DNA from: a virus | Lineage: Duplodnaviria; Caudoviricetes | Strand: one strand, 5' to 3' | IMG/VR virus record: IMGVR_UViG_3300005662_000004 | Coordinates: 1 to 38,177 of that record | DNA length: 38,177 nucleotides | Part shown: piece after piece, positions 22,641-32,095 of the stretch | Numbering within the stretch: the stretch's first letter is position 1 | How the letters are laid out: every line of letters begins with the position of its first letter | Program-made: the position numbers and the translations under genes | The notes under the pieces: generated by a model | Told to the model about the DNA's origin: nothing | The model's database searches: none | Seen by the model: the letters and a program-made list of their open reading frames with translations, nothing else

Positions 22641-23557
22641 ACTGGTTTCACCTGTTTTGATGGCGGTTGTGTCTCGTCAATGTCTAGGCACGTTAATTCA
22701 CTGTACCAATCGTTGCCACGAGTATCGCCTTTTATCTGTACCGCTAACAACCTGTAAAACCCATCACTTGCCAATGAAGCGGGTTTGTTTGCGCTGTCGT
22801 CTGGCCTTGATTCTGGCACTAGGGCACGCTGCACTGATGCCTCATCGATCTTGACCTTGCCGCCGATCTTGAGTAACGGATTGAGCAAAGCCACGGCTGT
22901 TATGCCGTCGTTCGTTTGTTCCGGTGTTCCTATCAATCCGGTTTTGCTGTTTAATACTACGGCCTGATTCGGTAAAACTGCCGTCAGCGGTAACACCTGA
23001 AGCCGCCCATCTTGCACCGACCAAGACGAATCCGAAGCCTCCGCCGATTGCCTGAGATAGTCACGGCTCATGCCGTGCATAACCTTTCCACGTGATAGCT
23101 TGGTGTTGCCCGTGTCTCCGATATAACCCGTTTTAATGTTGCGCTCGCTCATCGGCTGCGCTGCTGCGTTGATCTGGTCTGCTTGCGTTGCGCCGGCTGC
23201 CAAAGTCGTGCTCACCACTGCGAAGTTGTAAGCATCATCACCGTCACCCGCTGCAATGTCTAAAAATGTATCTATGCCGTTTTGTTTGCCCGACCGTACT
23301 TGCTTAATGTTCCCATCGAAAATCACGCCATAGTTCGATTCGTAGCCTGCCTGAAGTATCACGCGCGTAAACTCTCTTTGTATTTGAGCGATCGTGTTCG
23401 GTGCGATGTTGAAAATCCTGATCTGGGCTGTGTTGGGTGTCTGTGCGTCGGTCTTTTTAACCGTGAACTGAACATGAAGCCCCGACAAATCCAAGCCGCT
23501 GCCGCTTGCGCCCGCTACGGTTAAGTTGAATTTGCGGATGTACTGCTTCTGACTCAT
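22637..23557 (-). CDS. Baseplate hub protein
   Basis: PNTA.I.IFN; LQAGY...G.IF.G.I; A.DGD; TGLIG.PEQT; GDTRG.DWY. Confidence 0.88.
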   Translation of the reverse strand: MSQKQYIRKFNLTVAGASGSGLDLSGLHVQFTVKKTDAQTPNTAQIRIFNIAPNTIAQIQREFTRVILQAGYESNYGVIFDGNIKQVRSGKQNGIDTFLDIAAGDGDDAYNFAVVSTTLAAGATQADQINAAAQPMSERNIKTGYIGDTGNTKLSRGKVMHGMSRDYLRQSAEASDSSWSVQDGRLQVLPLTAVLPNQAVVLNSKTGLIGTPEQTNDGITAVALLNPLLKIGGKVKIDEASVQRALVPESRPDDSANKPASLASDGFYRLLAVQIKGDTRGNDWYSELTCLDIDETQPPSKQVKPV

Positions 23558-23874
23558 TCAGCCACCACAAAGTAAACATTGGATTCAACACCCAGGCTCG
23601 CCTCTGTTGGCGGTGCGAACTCGTCGCCGTCGGTGTAGCAAACCAACGCCCCGCCGATGTTCAAATGCTCGTGCTGCTCCAACAGATTCGAACCCGCCAC
23701 CAATGGCAAACCGCAAACCAGTGGGCTGGTGTTGGTCTCTTCGAATATGTCAACCATCCACGCTTGCGCCTGCTCGTTCCATCGGTTATTTAGTGTGTAG
23801 CTTATCCCGTTCAAAGCGATAACAAACCGCTGCGCCACGTTGGTCAAAGGGATTGTGTAAACAGTCTGTGCCAC
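23554..23874 (-). CDS. Small baseplate protein
   Basis: IPL....Q.F.I.L.G..Y.L...WN.....W..DI...G.PLV.G.NLL.Q; position between Dit-like and hub genes. Confidence 0.8.
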   Translation of the reverse strand: MAQTVYTIPLTNVAQRFVIALNGISYTLNNRWNEQAQAWMVDIFEETNTSPLVCGLPLVAGSNLLEQHEHLNIGGALVCYTDGDEFAPPTEASLGVESNVYFVVAE

Positions 23875-23875
23875 G

Positions 23876-24409
23876 TCATCCCCCAAACAAAGTATTTAAC
23901 GCACTGCGCTGTTTTTCCGGTGCGGGTGTCGCTGCCTTTTGGCCTGCGTTTTCCGTCGCTCCAGTCGTGCCTGGTCTGCGCTGAACTGATCTAGCTGGCA
24001 CGCTGGTGGTTTCAATCTGAACGATAAAGATTTCCTGAAACTCGCAGCTGATGCTTAAGACGTTCTCAGTTTGTGCGTCAGTGGTCTGCCCCAGCGATTT
24101 CAAAAGCATGTTTTTGTAGGCTCGCTTGCCCGTCACCACGTCGAACGGTATCGCCTGCGATTGTAGTTTTCTCAACTTCTCGTAAATCTCTGGCAATGTC
24201 CCCGTGCTTGAATCAAACATGATCCGCACTTGCAGTGATGCCGGCTTCATATAGGCATGATCCGTGATCGTTGCTCCCTGCTGAACGGGGTGCTGAGTGA
24301 TCTCTAAATCGTCGCTTGCCGTTTCCTCGATCGTTAGAAATGCGGTGAAGCTACCAATCATCCTTTTCGGAATGATGGTTGTGGTTTGAGTTGGGTTGAA
24401 TATGCTCAC
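23876..24409 (-). CDS. Dit-like / tube initiator baseplate protein
   Basis: E...D.LEIT.HPVQQGA.ITDHAY.KP; PFDVVTGKR.YKNML. Confidence 0.85.
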   Translation of the reverse strand: MSIFNPTQTTTIIPKRMIGSFTAFLTIEETASDDLEITQHPVQQGATITDHAYMKPASLQVRIMFDSSTGTLPEIYEKLRKLQSQAIPFDVVTGKRAYKNMLLKSLGQTTDAQTENVLSISCEFQEIFIVQIETTSVPARSVQRRPGTTGATENAGQKAATPAPEKQRSALNTLFGG

Positions 24410-26037
24410 CGTGCCGCCCCCCTCATGTTGCGCGTCATGTCTGCATTAACCCTGTTTTGCTGCCCCGCCACTGCTCTGGCGGTTGCGTCTGGGTTGCCTG
24501 CGCCCTGCACGACAATTTGCGTTTGTTGGCTCACCGTCTGCGCCCCTGCTGTCAGGCTCGCTGCTGCTTGTGGTGATGGCGTTGTGGGTCTGCTCATTGC
24601 ACCTGTGGCCGCTGCGTCGATCTTAACGGTACCGCCTGTTAGCTTGCTTATTAGTCCGGATAGCTTTGAAAAACCACCTACAAGCCAGTCGAAGAATTGC
24701 GTAAACCATCTTTTTACCGTGTCCCAATTTTTAATGAGTGCATAACCTGCCGCACCCAATGCCACCACCGCCGCGATAACAAAAGCGATCGGGTTCGCGT
24801 ACAGCGCAAGGTTAAAAGTTAATACAGCAACGCGTGCAGCATACATAACGCTGTTTATAAATCCCATGACGGCGGCCCATGCCTGGGTTGCTACGATCAT
24901 GCCTAATACTGCTGCCTTGCTGGCGGCTAGGTATGTAATGAATCCACCGATCACAACAGTTAACGCGCCAATCACCTGACCCGTTGTGCTGCTCCAATCA
25001 ATAAAGCTCTGTCCGCCATCTATGAATGTCATGAAGTCATCTGCCAACAAAGCTAGTGTCGATGCCAACGCAATTATTTGGCCAAACGGGGTCGCCAAAA
25101 AAGCCAGATTTAAAAACTTCCACGCCGCCGCCGCTGCCAAAATGTAAGATGACCATCCGCCAGTTGCATCGTTGAGTTTAACCAACCAGACAATAATGGT
25201 TTCGAGTGCCTGCGCTACCCGTCCCACTATCTTTACAAACGCATCAGCCACCCGCATTACGAGTGAAATGATAGGCGTGATTGCGTTGATGATCTTGGGC
25301 ATGTTTTCAACCAAGAATTTTCGAACGGTATCGATGCCGTTTTTAAGCTGGTTCATAAAGCGCAAACCGACCGCTTTTTTTATCGCGTCGAATGTCATCC
25401 TCAATCTATCCATCGAGTCGTTAAAAGCTCCGGCCTGCTCGGCTGCCTTGTTAGCGTCAACGCCTGCGTTTTTATAAAGACTGTCGAACTCCTCAGCCAA
25501 CCCGCTTACATCTGAAGTAAGCGCCCCGATCATCGTGGGGTCTAGCCCGAGTTTTGATAACACGGCGACCTGCTCGCCGCGCTCCATGCCCTTGATTTTC
25601 TCTCGAATCTCACCAAGCAAAACGCTTGTATCTTTTAGCTTGCCACTCTGGTCTTTTGCAGTAATTCCTAGCTTCTGAAAAGCCATTGCGCCCCGACCAA
25701 TGCCCAACGCTGCTTCGCCTGCCGTCTTGCTCAAGCCTTCTAATGAACTCTTGGCCGCCTCAACGCTTGAGCCTGTAAGCGTGGCAATGTAGCCAAGTTT
25801 CATTATTTCTTCGGCGCTGGTGTTTACGCGATCTGCCAAGTCTCCCACTTGATCAAGGCTGTCGGCGATGGTTGATATGAAGTACGTCAAGCCACCAACC
25901 GCAGCGGTTGCAGCTGCACCGATGGCCGATATTTTCAGAGTGGCCGAAGAAATGCCCGAAGTGAACTTATCCAAGCCGCCTTGGTCTATTTGAAAACCCA
26001 AGCCGACCAAGAATTGTTTAATCACTTCACCATTCAC
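24406..26037 (-). CDS. Tape measure protein
   Basis: 543-aa Ala/Gly-rich helical protein; IK.FLVGLGF.ID N-terminus, ANPI repeat; follows the chaperones. Confidence 0.9.
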   Translation of the reverse strand: MNGEVIKQFLVGLGFQIDQGGLDKFTSGISSATLKISAIGAAATAAVGGLTYFISTIADSLDQVGDLADRVNTSAEEIMKLGYIATLTGSSVEAAKSSLEGLSKTAGEAALGIGRGAMAFQKLGITAKDQSGKLKDTSVLLGEIREKIKGMERGEQVAVLSKLGLDPTMIGALTSDVSGLAEEFDSLYKNAGVDANKAAEQAGAFNDSMDRLRMTFDAIKKAVGLRFMNQLKNGIDTVRKFLVENMPKIINAITPIISLVMRVADAFVKIVGRVAQALETIIVWLVKLNDATGGWSSYILAAAAAWKFLNLAFLATPFGQIIALASTLALLADDFMTFIDGGQSFIDWSSTTGQVIGALTVVIGGFITYLAASKAAVLGMIVATQAWAAVMGFINSVMYAARVAVLTFNLALYANPIAFVIAAVVALGAAGYALIKNWDTVKRWFTQFFDWLVGGFSKLSGLISKLTGGTVKIDAAATGAMSRPTTPSPQAAASLTAGAQTVSQQTQIVVQGAGNPDATARAVAGQQNRVNADMTRNMRGAAR

Positions 26038-26264
26038 TTATTAGCCTCCCTGTATCGTTCCTCGTTCTCGTCCTGCACGTCGAGCGCATCATTCATTAGC
26101 GCCACGTCTGCCAAGTCTAACGCCCCATTTATAAGGCTCTCATACCTGCACATTCCGCGCAGTACCGGCCTCAACAACCAGTCCTCACCGTCGGGCAAAC
26201 TCACCCACTTTACTGGGCGTTTTGTTTCTGGGCTGCTACGCTCAAAGCCGACGGTGCGACGGGA
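26034..26264 (-). CDS. Tail assembly chaperone C-terminal extension (-1 frameshift product, DUF6889-like)
   Basis: -1 frame is open from the T7 run: SRRTVGF...LPDGEDWLLRPVLRGMCRYESLINGALDLADVALMNDALDV..EN..R...*; stop overlaps the TMP GTG. Confidence 0.8.
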   Translation of the reverse strand, partial: SRRTVGFERSSPETKRPVKWVSLPDGEDWLLRPVLRGMCRYESLINGALDLADVALMNDALDVQDENEERYREANK

Positions 26265-26620
26265 AAAAAACCACCTACGTTATATAACAACGCCTCCCAC
26301 GCTAATCGAAGCATCACCCCCATGTCGATGTCTTCAAACATCAACTGATTGCCCGTGGAAACTGGCGACCATCCCAAGCCCTGCGCCTGCTTGCGTTTTA
26401 CGCATTGAAGCAAACCAAACAGAACGTAATCCGCATCCGCATCACTCAACCCGCTGATTGCTGTTGCGGCCTTTGGTAGTCCGTTGGCCGTGTCTCCGCT
26501 TTGAACGGCCGGGATGATCTCGCCCAGTACTGGCGCGAGTCGGCGCACGATGTGAAACTGCTCACGTGCCCCGATCTTGCTGGCGCTGTACTGCACCCCG
26601 TTTATTTCAAACTCTTTCAT
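26210..26620 (-). CDS. Tail assembly chaperone
   Basis: EFEING..Y...K..A..QFHI.RRLAPVL; between tube and TMP; slippery GGT TTT TTT near the 3' end. Confidence 0.88.
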   Translation of the reverse strand: MKEFEINGVQYSASKIGAREQFHIVRRLAPVLGEIIPAVQSGDTANGLPKAATAISGLSDADADYVLFGLLQCVKRKQAQGLGWSPVSTGNQLMFEDIDMGVMLRLAWEALLYNVGGFFPVAPSALSVAAQKQNAQ

Positions 26621-27072
26621 AACAAGCTAGGCGACCCGCTGCCCAAAACAATAGTTGTTTTGATTGCGTCGAAAGTCCATTCCAGCGTACCGCCCTCTTT
26701 GGCGTAGGTCACGCTTGGGCGTTTCTTGAATGCCACGTCGGTTAAGGTGATATTGTCGCCGCGGACTGAATCACGGATCGTGATCGTGTTGCGCCCGTGC
26801 GTTGCTGCGCTCTGTACCTGCTGGTTGTACATGGCCGTTAATTGCTGGTTGACGGGTGAAGTCTTAAGCAAACGCACGGTCACGGTACTGGCCTCATTCG
26901 CCATCAAATTGTGCATGCCGCTGCCGTCTGCTCCAATAGTCATCACGCTCTTGTCTTCCATGGCCTCGATGGTGATGCCTTCCTCAGCAATGGCCGCACC
27001 TGCGCCAAGGTTGATCGAACCGCCAACGCCCGAAAGCGAAGCCACCACGTTTAAGAATGAGTAAGTGCTCAT
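26617..27072 (-). CDS. Tail tube protein (DUF3277-like)
   Basis: MSTYSF..V.A...G; AEEGI; M.IGADG.GMH; T..LLKTSP.N..L; W.FD. Confidence 0.9.
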   Translation of the reverse strand: MSTYSFLNVVASLSGVGGSINLGAGAAIAEEGITIEAMEDKSVMTIGADGSGMHNLMANEASTVTVRLLKTSPVNQQLTAMYNQQVQSAATHGRNTITIRDSVRGDNITLTDVAFKKRPSVTYAKEGGTLEWTFDAIKTTIVLGSGSPSLL

Positions 27073-27091
27073 TGTTTAATCTCCTTATTTA

Positions 27092-28567
27092 TCAGCGGTT
27101 TACATCAACTATGCAGTCGATTTCATGGATTGCACCTGCCAGTTTCAAAGCGATCTGAATCGGGGGGGCAATGCGCTGCTCTCTGATGCTCTGATTTTGC
27201 AACGCCATTGGCTCGGTGTAAATGTAGAAGCCTTCGCTCAGAAAGTCGCCGCGCTCGATCTGGCCGAAGCCGTCTGCGTTCCAAGTGCCTGGAGCTATCA
27301 ATCCATTATTTACTGCCTCCTTACAAACGTTAGCCGCCACGGTCACCAGTTGGTTTTGGCCTGCGTCGGTTTGGGGTATCTTGGTCTTGCTTTGATAAAG
27401 AAGGTTGTATTCCGCATTTTGCAAAGCGTCGGCGAACCAGTCAAGCCCGTGGATTTCATCAAAGTAAGCCTGCCCACTCATTACGCCGTATTGAATGATC
27501 GCTGTATCGTTTTGATAGGTAACAAAGACATTACAACGCTTGGCCTTGAGTGTTTGAGCTTGAGTCTCGCTCAGTACCGCAGCGACTACGCCAGGCTCTT
27601 GCTTGTACATCAAGGTTATGGTTGAACGGTTAGCGCTGAAATTAACGCTGAATGCTCTACCCATCAATGAACACACGGCATAAGGGTTAGCGCTGAATTG
27701 AACACACGTGCGCTTGTAGCTCAAAGCCTTAAATTGGCTGGCCAAGTCGGTCGTATAGGTTGCATCCAGCACGTTCGTATTGGTCTCAGTCACGCCAAAA
27801 ATGCGGGTGATCGATGCGGCCTCGATGAACGCACCAACAGCGATCAATTCTGAATCAGTAGGCATGACGGATGCCGCAAAGCTCAGGCCATACCAAGCGC
27901 CGGAAATGTCGGCCAGCTCGGTTGCAGCGTCAACGGGTGATTCTGCTGCGAACCCACTCACTGCGCCGCTTGCGGTGGTGCTGGTCAGTTTCAACAGTGC
28001 GCTGATATTCGTTCCTGTGGCGGCTGCCGAAGCAAATCCAACGGTTGAACTCGTGCCGGTGGTTGCGCTGGTGATGATGAAGCGCGAACCCGTCCAGCTG
28101 ATCGTTCCTCCTGTCAGTACGGCGTTGATAGCACTTGCCACGCCGTTCAGGTTCGTCACTGCGCTAAAGTTCAAGCCGGTAACGCTGCGCTCTGTGCCGT
28201 CGATGGTTACTTTGAATGAACCGGCGGTGATAGCTGTCCAGTTGGCTAATGCTTGCTCGGCGGTGGTCAGGATTGCACCACGCAGAAAGCCAGCGGTTGC
28301 GGTGCGTAACCAACGCCCGACCATCAGCGTTTGTGGTCTGGGGGACTGGCCAAAATATAACGATGCTGCCAAGTACTCAGGTGCGGATGTGCCGAAGTCA
28401 TTGGCTACGCTCTCGATGTCAGTGTATGAGCGGATCCGCTCCTGTCCGTCAATAACGTTGCTATCTCCTGCGATCAGTAAAGTACCGAACCCACGGCGTG
28501 CTGCCGCTAGCGGTGCAAGGTTGACGGTTGCACGAACCAACCGCCCTACGTTTAAGCCTTCTGCCAT
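27092..28567 (-). CDS. Tail sheath protein (DUF3383-like)
   Basis: V..DFG..APEY.AA..YF.QSP.P; T.MYKQEPGV; DEIHGLDW; K.PQTDAG; KLAGAIH. Confidence 0.93.
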   Translation of the reverse strand: MAEGLNVGRLVRATVNLAPLAAARRGFGTLLIAGDSNVIDGQERIRSYTDIESVANDFGTSAPEYLAASLYFGQSPRPQTLMVGRWLRTATAGFLRGAILTTAEQALANWTAITAGSFKVTIDGTERSVTGLNFSAVTNLNGVASAINAVLTGGTISWTGSRFIITSATTGTSSTVGFASAAATGTNISALLKLTSTTASGAVSGFAAESPVDAATELADISGAWYGLSFAASVMPTDSELIAVGAFIEAASITRIFGVTETNTNVLDATYTTDLASQFKALSYKRTCVQFSANPYAVCSLMGRAFSVNFSANRSTITLMYKQEPGVVAAVLSETQAQTLKAKRCNVFVTYQNDTAIIQYGVMSGQAYFDEIHGLDWFADALQNAEYNLLYQSKTKIPQTDAGQNQLVTVAANVCKEAVNNGLIAPGTWNADGFGQIERGDFLSEGFYIYTEPMALQNQSIREQRIAPPIQIALKLAGAIHEIDCIVDVNR

Positions 28568-28585
28568 TTTGATGTCTCCTTGATT

Positions 28586-29173
28586 TTAGGATGTTTGCCA
28601 CCCTCGTGTAAGGGTTGATTCTGCTCGGTTTGCTTTGATTGTGCCACCGGCTGCTGTGAAATTGAAAATTGAGTAAACCCTATTTAATTCTCTGCGCACA
28701 GTCAAAACAATATCGCAGCGGTTGAAGTATCTCTCATTGACTAGCTCAGGTGCGTGCGTTATGTCTGATGCGTCCACAATGGCCATGCCGCTTTGATATA
28801 AAACGTCTTGATTTTGCTGGATTAGGATTGCGTCACGCAGCTCGGCGGCGTTGCCTAAACAGTTTGGGCCGTAAAACATCAATCGATATTCCAGCTCTTC
28901 ATGGCGTTGCTGTGTGGTCTGCGTTCCTGCCGCGTTCATCTTCAAGAATGTATCATTATCGGCCCGCCTTGAAGCTATCCCATAGGCCAACCAGTCCACC
29001 GATATATCTGGTGTAGGTGCTGGGTTAGCCTGCCACAATGGGCGCACCAATGCCGCTTCTAAGCCCGTTAAACCGCATAGAACTGCATGAATAAAGCGTT
29101 GTAATGCTTGGTCATCGGTCTGGGTGTTTGTAGGCGTTAAATAGCCTCCGGTCGCTGATGTGTTAGTTGGCAT
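28586..29173 (-). CDS. Neck/tail terminator protein
   Basis: NTSATGGYL.P; GL...LVRP.WQ..P; HEE.....FYGP; PELVN...R.D; start reassigned to 29173. Confidence 0.82.
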   Translation of the reverse strand: MPTNTSATGGYLTPTNTQTDDQALQRFIHAVLCGLTGLEAALVRPLWQANPAPTPDISVDWLAYGIASRRADNDTFLKMNAAGTQTTQQRHEELEYRLMFYGPNCLGNAAELRDAILIQQNQDVLYQSGMAIVDASDITHAPELVNERYFNRCDIVLTVRRELNRVYSIFNFTAAGGTIKANRAESTLTRGWQTS

Positions 29174-29537
29174 TGACTTGCTCCAACACACAAACGGCCT
29201 TAGTAAACCCTACGCCAAAGTTTAAGTAATCCTCGATCACCTCTTTGACTTGGTAGCGCTTGCCGCTGTAAACAATAATATCGGCATACCCGCCCTTTCG
29301 CTCGGCAGTCAGTGTGCCTTGATAATACACATCCACCATATCGCCAAGCCTTGCGCCCTCGGGTAGTTTGGTCATGGTCTCGGTGTTCGCTCCCTGCACT
29401 ACTGCAACAATCTGGCATGGGTACTCAGTCAATACGTTCTCGCCGTACTCGTTAACCTCTGATTTCCGTTTGATCAAAGTGATCACGTCCGTAAAATCAG
29501 GGTCTCGCAGTAGGTCAGAAACGTCGATCTTAGCCAT
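29163..29537 (-). CDS. Head-closure / head-tail joining protein
   Basis: DV..L..DPDF; AVVQ; D.I.Y.G.RY.V; position in neck cluster. Confidence 0.8.
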   Translation of the reverse strand: MAKIDVSDLLRDPDFTDVITLIKRKSEVNEYGENVLTEYPCQIVAVVQGANTETMTKLPEGARLGDMVDVYYQGTLTAERKGGYADIIVYSGKRYQVKEVIEDYLNFGVGFTKAVCVLEQVNAN

Positions 29538-30013
29538 TACTTCACCACGAATTTAATGCTATTCAAAAGCTGGCCGGTACGGATTAGGGGCTTTGTGCCC
29601 TTGTAACCCTTCGATGCCCGTGCGTTTAACGTGGCATTAGATAACCCTGTCATGCCCTCGCTACTCACGATCTGATTCTTAACCGCACTCATGGCCAAAA
29701 TCCCCGCAGCGGTCAAACCCTTGATGATCGCCTCGGGTTGCTTCATGGCCTGCGCTGCGTAGGTCTTGATTTCCTTCATAGCCTCGGGTGCTGCCTTCTG
29801 CATGGCCGGCATGAGAAACGGCCTCGCTGGTATGCCCGCGGCTGGGCTTCCGAACTCGTGTATATAACCAAGCTGGGCGTTGCCGATTCCCTCGCCCTTG
29901 CGCTGGTCTTTGTCCTCTGGGATTCCGACCTGTAAGCGCCTTTTAGCCATCGTCTCGATGTTCAGAATGAAGCGTAGTGCCTCGTTCTTTGTGATCTTGA
30001 TGTTAGCCTTCAT
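29537..30013 (-). CDS. Neck / tail completion protein
   Basis: VGIPE; NAQLGYIHEFGSP..GIPARPFL; KPLIRTGQL.NSI; start 30013 is ATGA-coupled. Confidence 0.85.
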   Translation of the reverse strand: MKANIKITKNEALRFILNIETMAKRRLQVGIPEDKDQRKGEGIGNAQLGYIHEFGSPAAGIPARPFLMPAMQKAAPEAMKEIKTYAAQAMKQPEAIIKGLTAAGILAMSAVKNQIVSSEGMTGLSNATLNARASKGYKGTKPLIRTGQLLNSIKFVVK

Positions 30014-30396
30014 AGCTGCACACATCCCCCGCCGAGTAGCCTTGCCAATTGGATGTACTGCCTGCCGTAGCTGGTTTGATTCCAATGGCCTGCGTTTGGC
30101 TCCATGATGTTGGTGGTATCGTAGCTAACATTCACCGACCCGACCGCCTTTGATTGAATCAATCCCGCTGCCTGTCCGGGTGTCCCACCCGCTGTGCTCG
30201 CTTGTTTGTTCTGCGTTGCGATTACTAGATTGTGGGCTGTGAACAACTCAACGCCACGCTCGTAAAGATTACCCCATCGATCAGCGGAAACCAACTCAGC
30301 GCCAACGCTGCTCCATAGCTCTATGGGTTGCGCTGGGTACTTTGCCGGGTCTGCAAATTCGGGGTAATCAATACGAAACTGGGCGATGTTCATCAA
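30010..30396 (-). CDS. Head-tail adaptor (DUF4054-like)
   Basis: FR.DYPEF.D..KYP; LFTAH.L; SK.VG.V.VSYD; WN.T.YG. Confidence 0.88.
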   Translation of the reverse strand: MMNIAQFRIDYPEFADPAKYPAQPIELWSSVGAELVSADRWGNLYERGVELFTAHNLVIATQNKQASTAGGTPGQAAGLIQSKAVGSVNVSYDTTNIMEPNAGHWNQTSYGRQYIQLARLLGGGCVQL

Positions 30397-30599
30397 TCGG
30401 CCTTCTTGCTCTTGCGTGCCGGTTTTTCGGCTTCCTGCTCTTGCGCTGCTGGCTCGTCGGCTCGCAACACAATCACATCACCGGATTGAACCAGCGCCTC
30501 AAAAAACCACCCCTGCGCGTCATCGGCTGGAATAGCGTGTTGGCCACGCCCGTAGGTGATTCCGTTTAGCGTGATAGGTCTGTTAACTTGTGCTTGCAT
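30393..30599 (-). CDS. Small capsid-operon protein
   Basis: 68 aa after the MCP; Y..G.H.IP...A..WF; charged tail. Confidence 0.75.
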   Translation of the reverse strand: MQAQVNRPITLNGITYGRGQHAIPADDAQGWFFEALVQSGDVIVLRADEPAAQEQEAEKPARKSKKAD

Positions 30600-30611
30600 A
30601 GTCTTTCCCTC

Positions 30612-30629
30612 GGGGGGAATGCTCCCCCC
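30612..30629 (-). terminator. Hairpin after the major capsid gene (weak terminator or stabiliser)
   Basis: GGGGGGA-4 nt-TCCCCCC stem; no clear U-tract. Confidence 0.45.
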
Positions 30630-30635
30630 TTTGGT

Positions 30636-31577
30636 TTAGATGCCGTCGCGGTAAATGACGGTTTCGGGGTATACAAACTCAACTTCACCGAAAGCCCAAA
30701 TGTAAGGCGCGTTGAACTTGATGCCCAAGTAGTAAGGGGTTTCGCGACGGATAGGAACCATTGGGAAACGCACTTTGTCTTCTTGGTTGGTGTAGGCCAC
30801 CATACGATCAGTAGCGCCAACGCCACGACCGCTCAAGTATTTGGCGGGCTGGATTTCCAGCTTGCGACCGTTCACACGCAAACTCAGGCTGTTATCTTCC
30901 AAGAATTGAAGAATTGACACATTGCCTGCGGTGCTTACTTTCTGGCTTGCAATGTAAGCGAATTGGGTAGGCGGTAACAGTACCTTATCGGGGCAAACTG
31001 CATAACCGCTAGCCAACCAAGCGGCGCCGATCATGTCGTTAACATCCTTCAGGATTTCGTCAGGTGTCTTGGTTGTCCAAGCGGGTGTGCCGGCTGCGCC
31101 GTTTGCCACGTTGCCAACCGCTACGGCTGAACTATTCACCAAACCAGTAGCACCGACGCTGCTGTCGCCTATGTAAACCATTTCATCGGTTGCCATTTGA
31201 TACATCGAGTTCAAAGCATTGAACTTCTGTGCGTCAATGGGCTGGCCGATCAATTGGCTGCGCTCTAACTCAACGCTGGTGTAGCTAACCTCTTGGCCGA
31301 GTAAGCGCAAGGGCAACACTACACGCTCGCCATTGATGCTGATGCCTGGTAGTGTGGTGGTGTTGGGGCTGATGAATGGCTTGCCGGTTGCGGACTGAGT
31401 GCCCACGCCGCCGAACGTTGAGCGGATGAAAGACGTGCTTTCGTTGCTCATTGTGATGCCTGTTCTCAGGTTAATGTCACGGCCCCAAGTGGTGTTGAAT
31501 AAAGGCTCATAAAGCCTTTTGTCCATGTTGTCCAGTTGGTTGATGTAATAAGCTAGAGTTGAATCAAAAGTTTTCAT
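30636..31577 (-). CDS. Major capsid protein (DUF2184-like)
   Basis: L...D..LYEPL...TWGRDI.LR; YT..ELE..Q..G.PID.QK; DEMVY.GD; DRMVAY; VRFPMVP; YPET..Y.DGI. Confidence 0.92.
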   Translation of the reverse strand: MKTFDSTLAYYINQLDNMDKRLYEPLFNTTWGRDINLRTGITMSNESTSFIRSTFGGVGTQSATGKPFISPNTTTLPGISINGERVVLPLRLLGQEVSYTSVELERSQLIGQPIDAQKFNALNSMYQMATDEMVYIGDSSVGATGLVNSSAVAVGNVANGAAGTPAWTTKTPDEILKDVNDMIGAAWLASGYAVCPDKVLLPPTQFAYIASQKVSTAGNVSILQFLEDNSLSLRVNGRKLEIQPAKYLSGRGVGATDRMVAYTNQEDKVRFPMVPIRRETPYYLGIKFNAPYIWAFGEVEFVYPETVIYRDGI

Positions 31578-31589
31578 TTGTGCTGCTCC

Positions 31590-32078
31590 TTAGGCAATGC
31601 GAATTTCTGCAACGTTGCTGGCGTCCTTGCCATCGATTGCCCACGTAACGCCGGTCAATGCTACGTTGTTCACGCCGTCGGCGGTTGCTTCAAAGTCACC
31701 CACGGCTTTACCGGTTGCGGCTACCACGCGCATGTAAACAGTGCCATTTCGTGCGGGTGTGCCAATCGTGCAAACTACGTTACAGTAGCCACGGCGAATA
31801 ATTCCAGCCACCGCTGAAGCGTTGGGCGTGCCGCTTGCAAACGTCTGGGCTGTGTCGCCTGCGATGCTGGGGGCAATGCGTGACAACACTCCGTAAAACA
31901 CGGTTGCGGCGTCGCTGGCTGCGATCTTCTGAAACTTGCCAGATACGATTTTGACGGGTGCGCCAAATGCGGTGGGCACTGCGGTGCTGTCTAAAATACC
32001 GCTTTCGACAACGGTATCATCTGGGCGAGTAATGTCACCGGCTACGCCTGCGCCTGCCCTATATAAAAAGCTAGTCAT
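31590..32078 (-). CDS. Capsid cement/decoration protein
   Basis: FLYR...G.AG.ITRP; RGY..V; VY.RV; D...AEI; directly upstream of the MCP. Confidence 0.82.
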   Translation of the reverse strand: MTSFLYRAGAGVAGDITRPDDTVVESGILDSTAVPTAFGAPVKIVSGKFQKIAASDAATVFYGVLSRIAPSIAGDTAQTFASGTPNASAVAGIIRRGYCNVVCTIGTPARNGTVYMRVVAATGKAVGDFEATADGVNNVALTGVTWAIDGKDASNVAEIRIA

Positions 32079-32095
32079 TTTTGGTTCTCCCTTTG

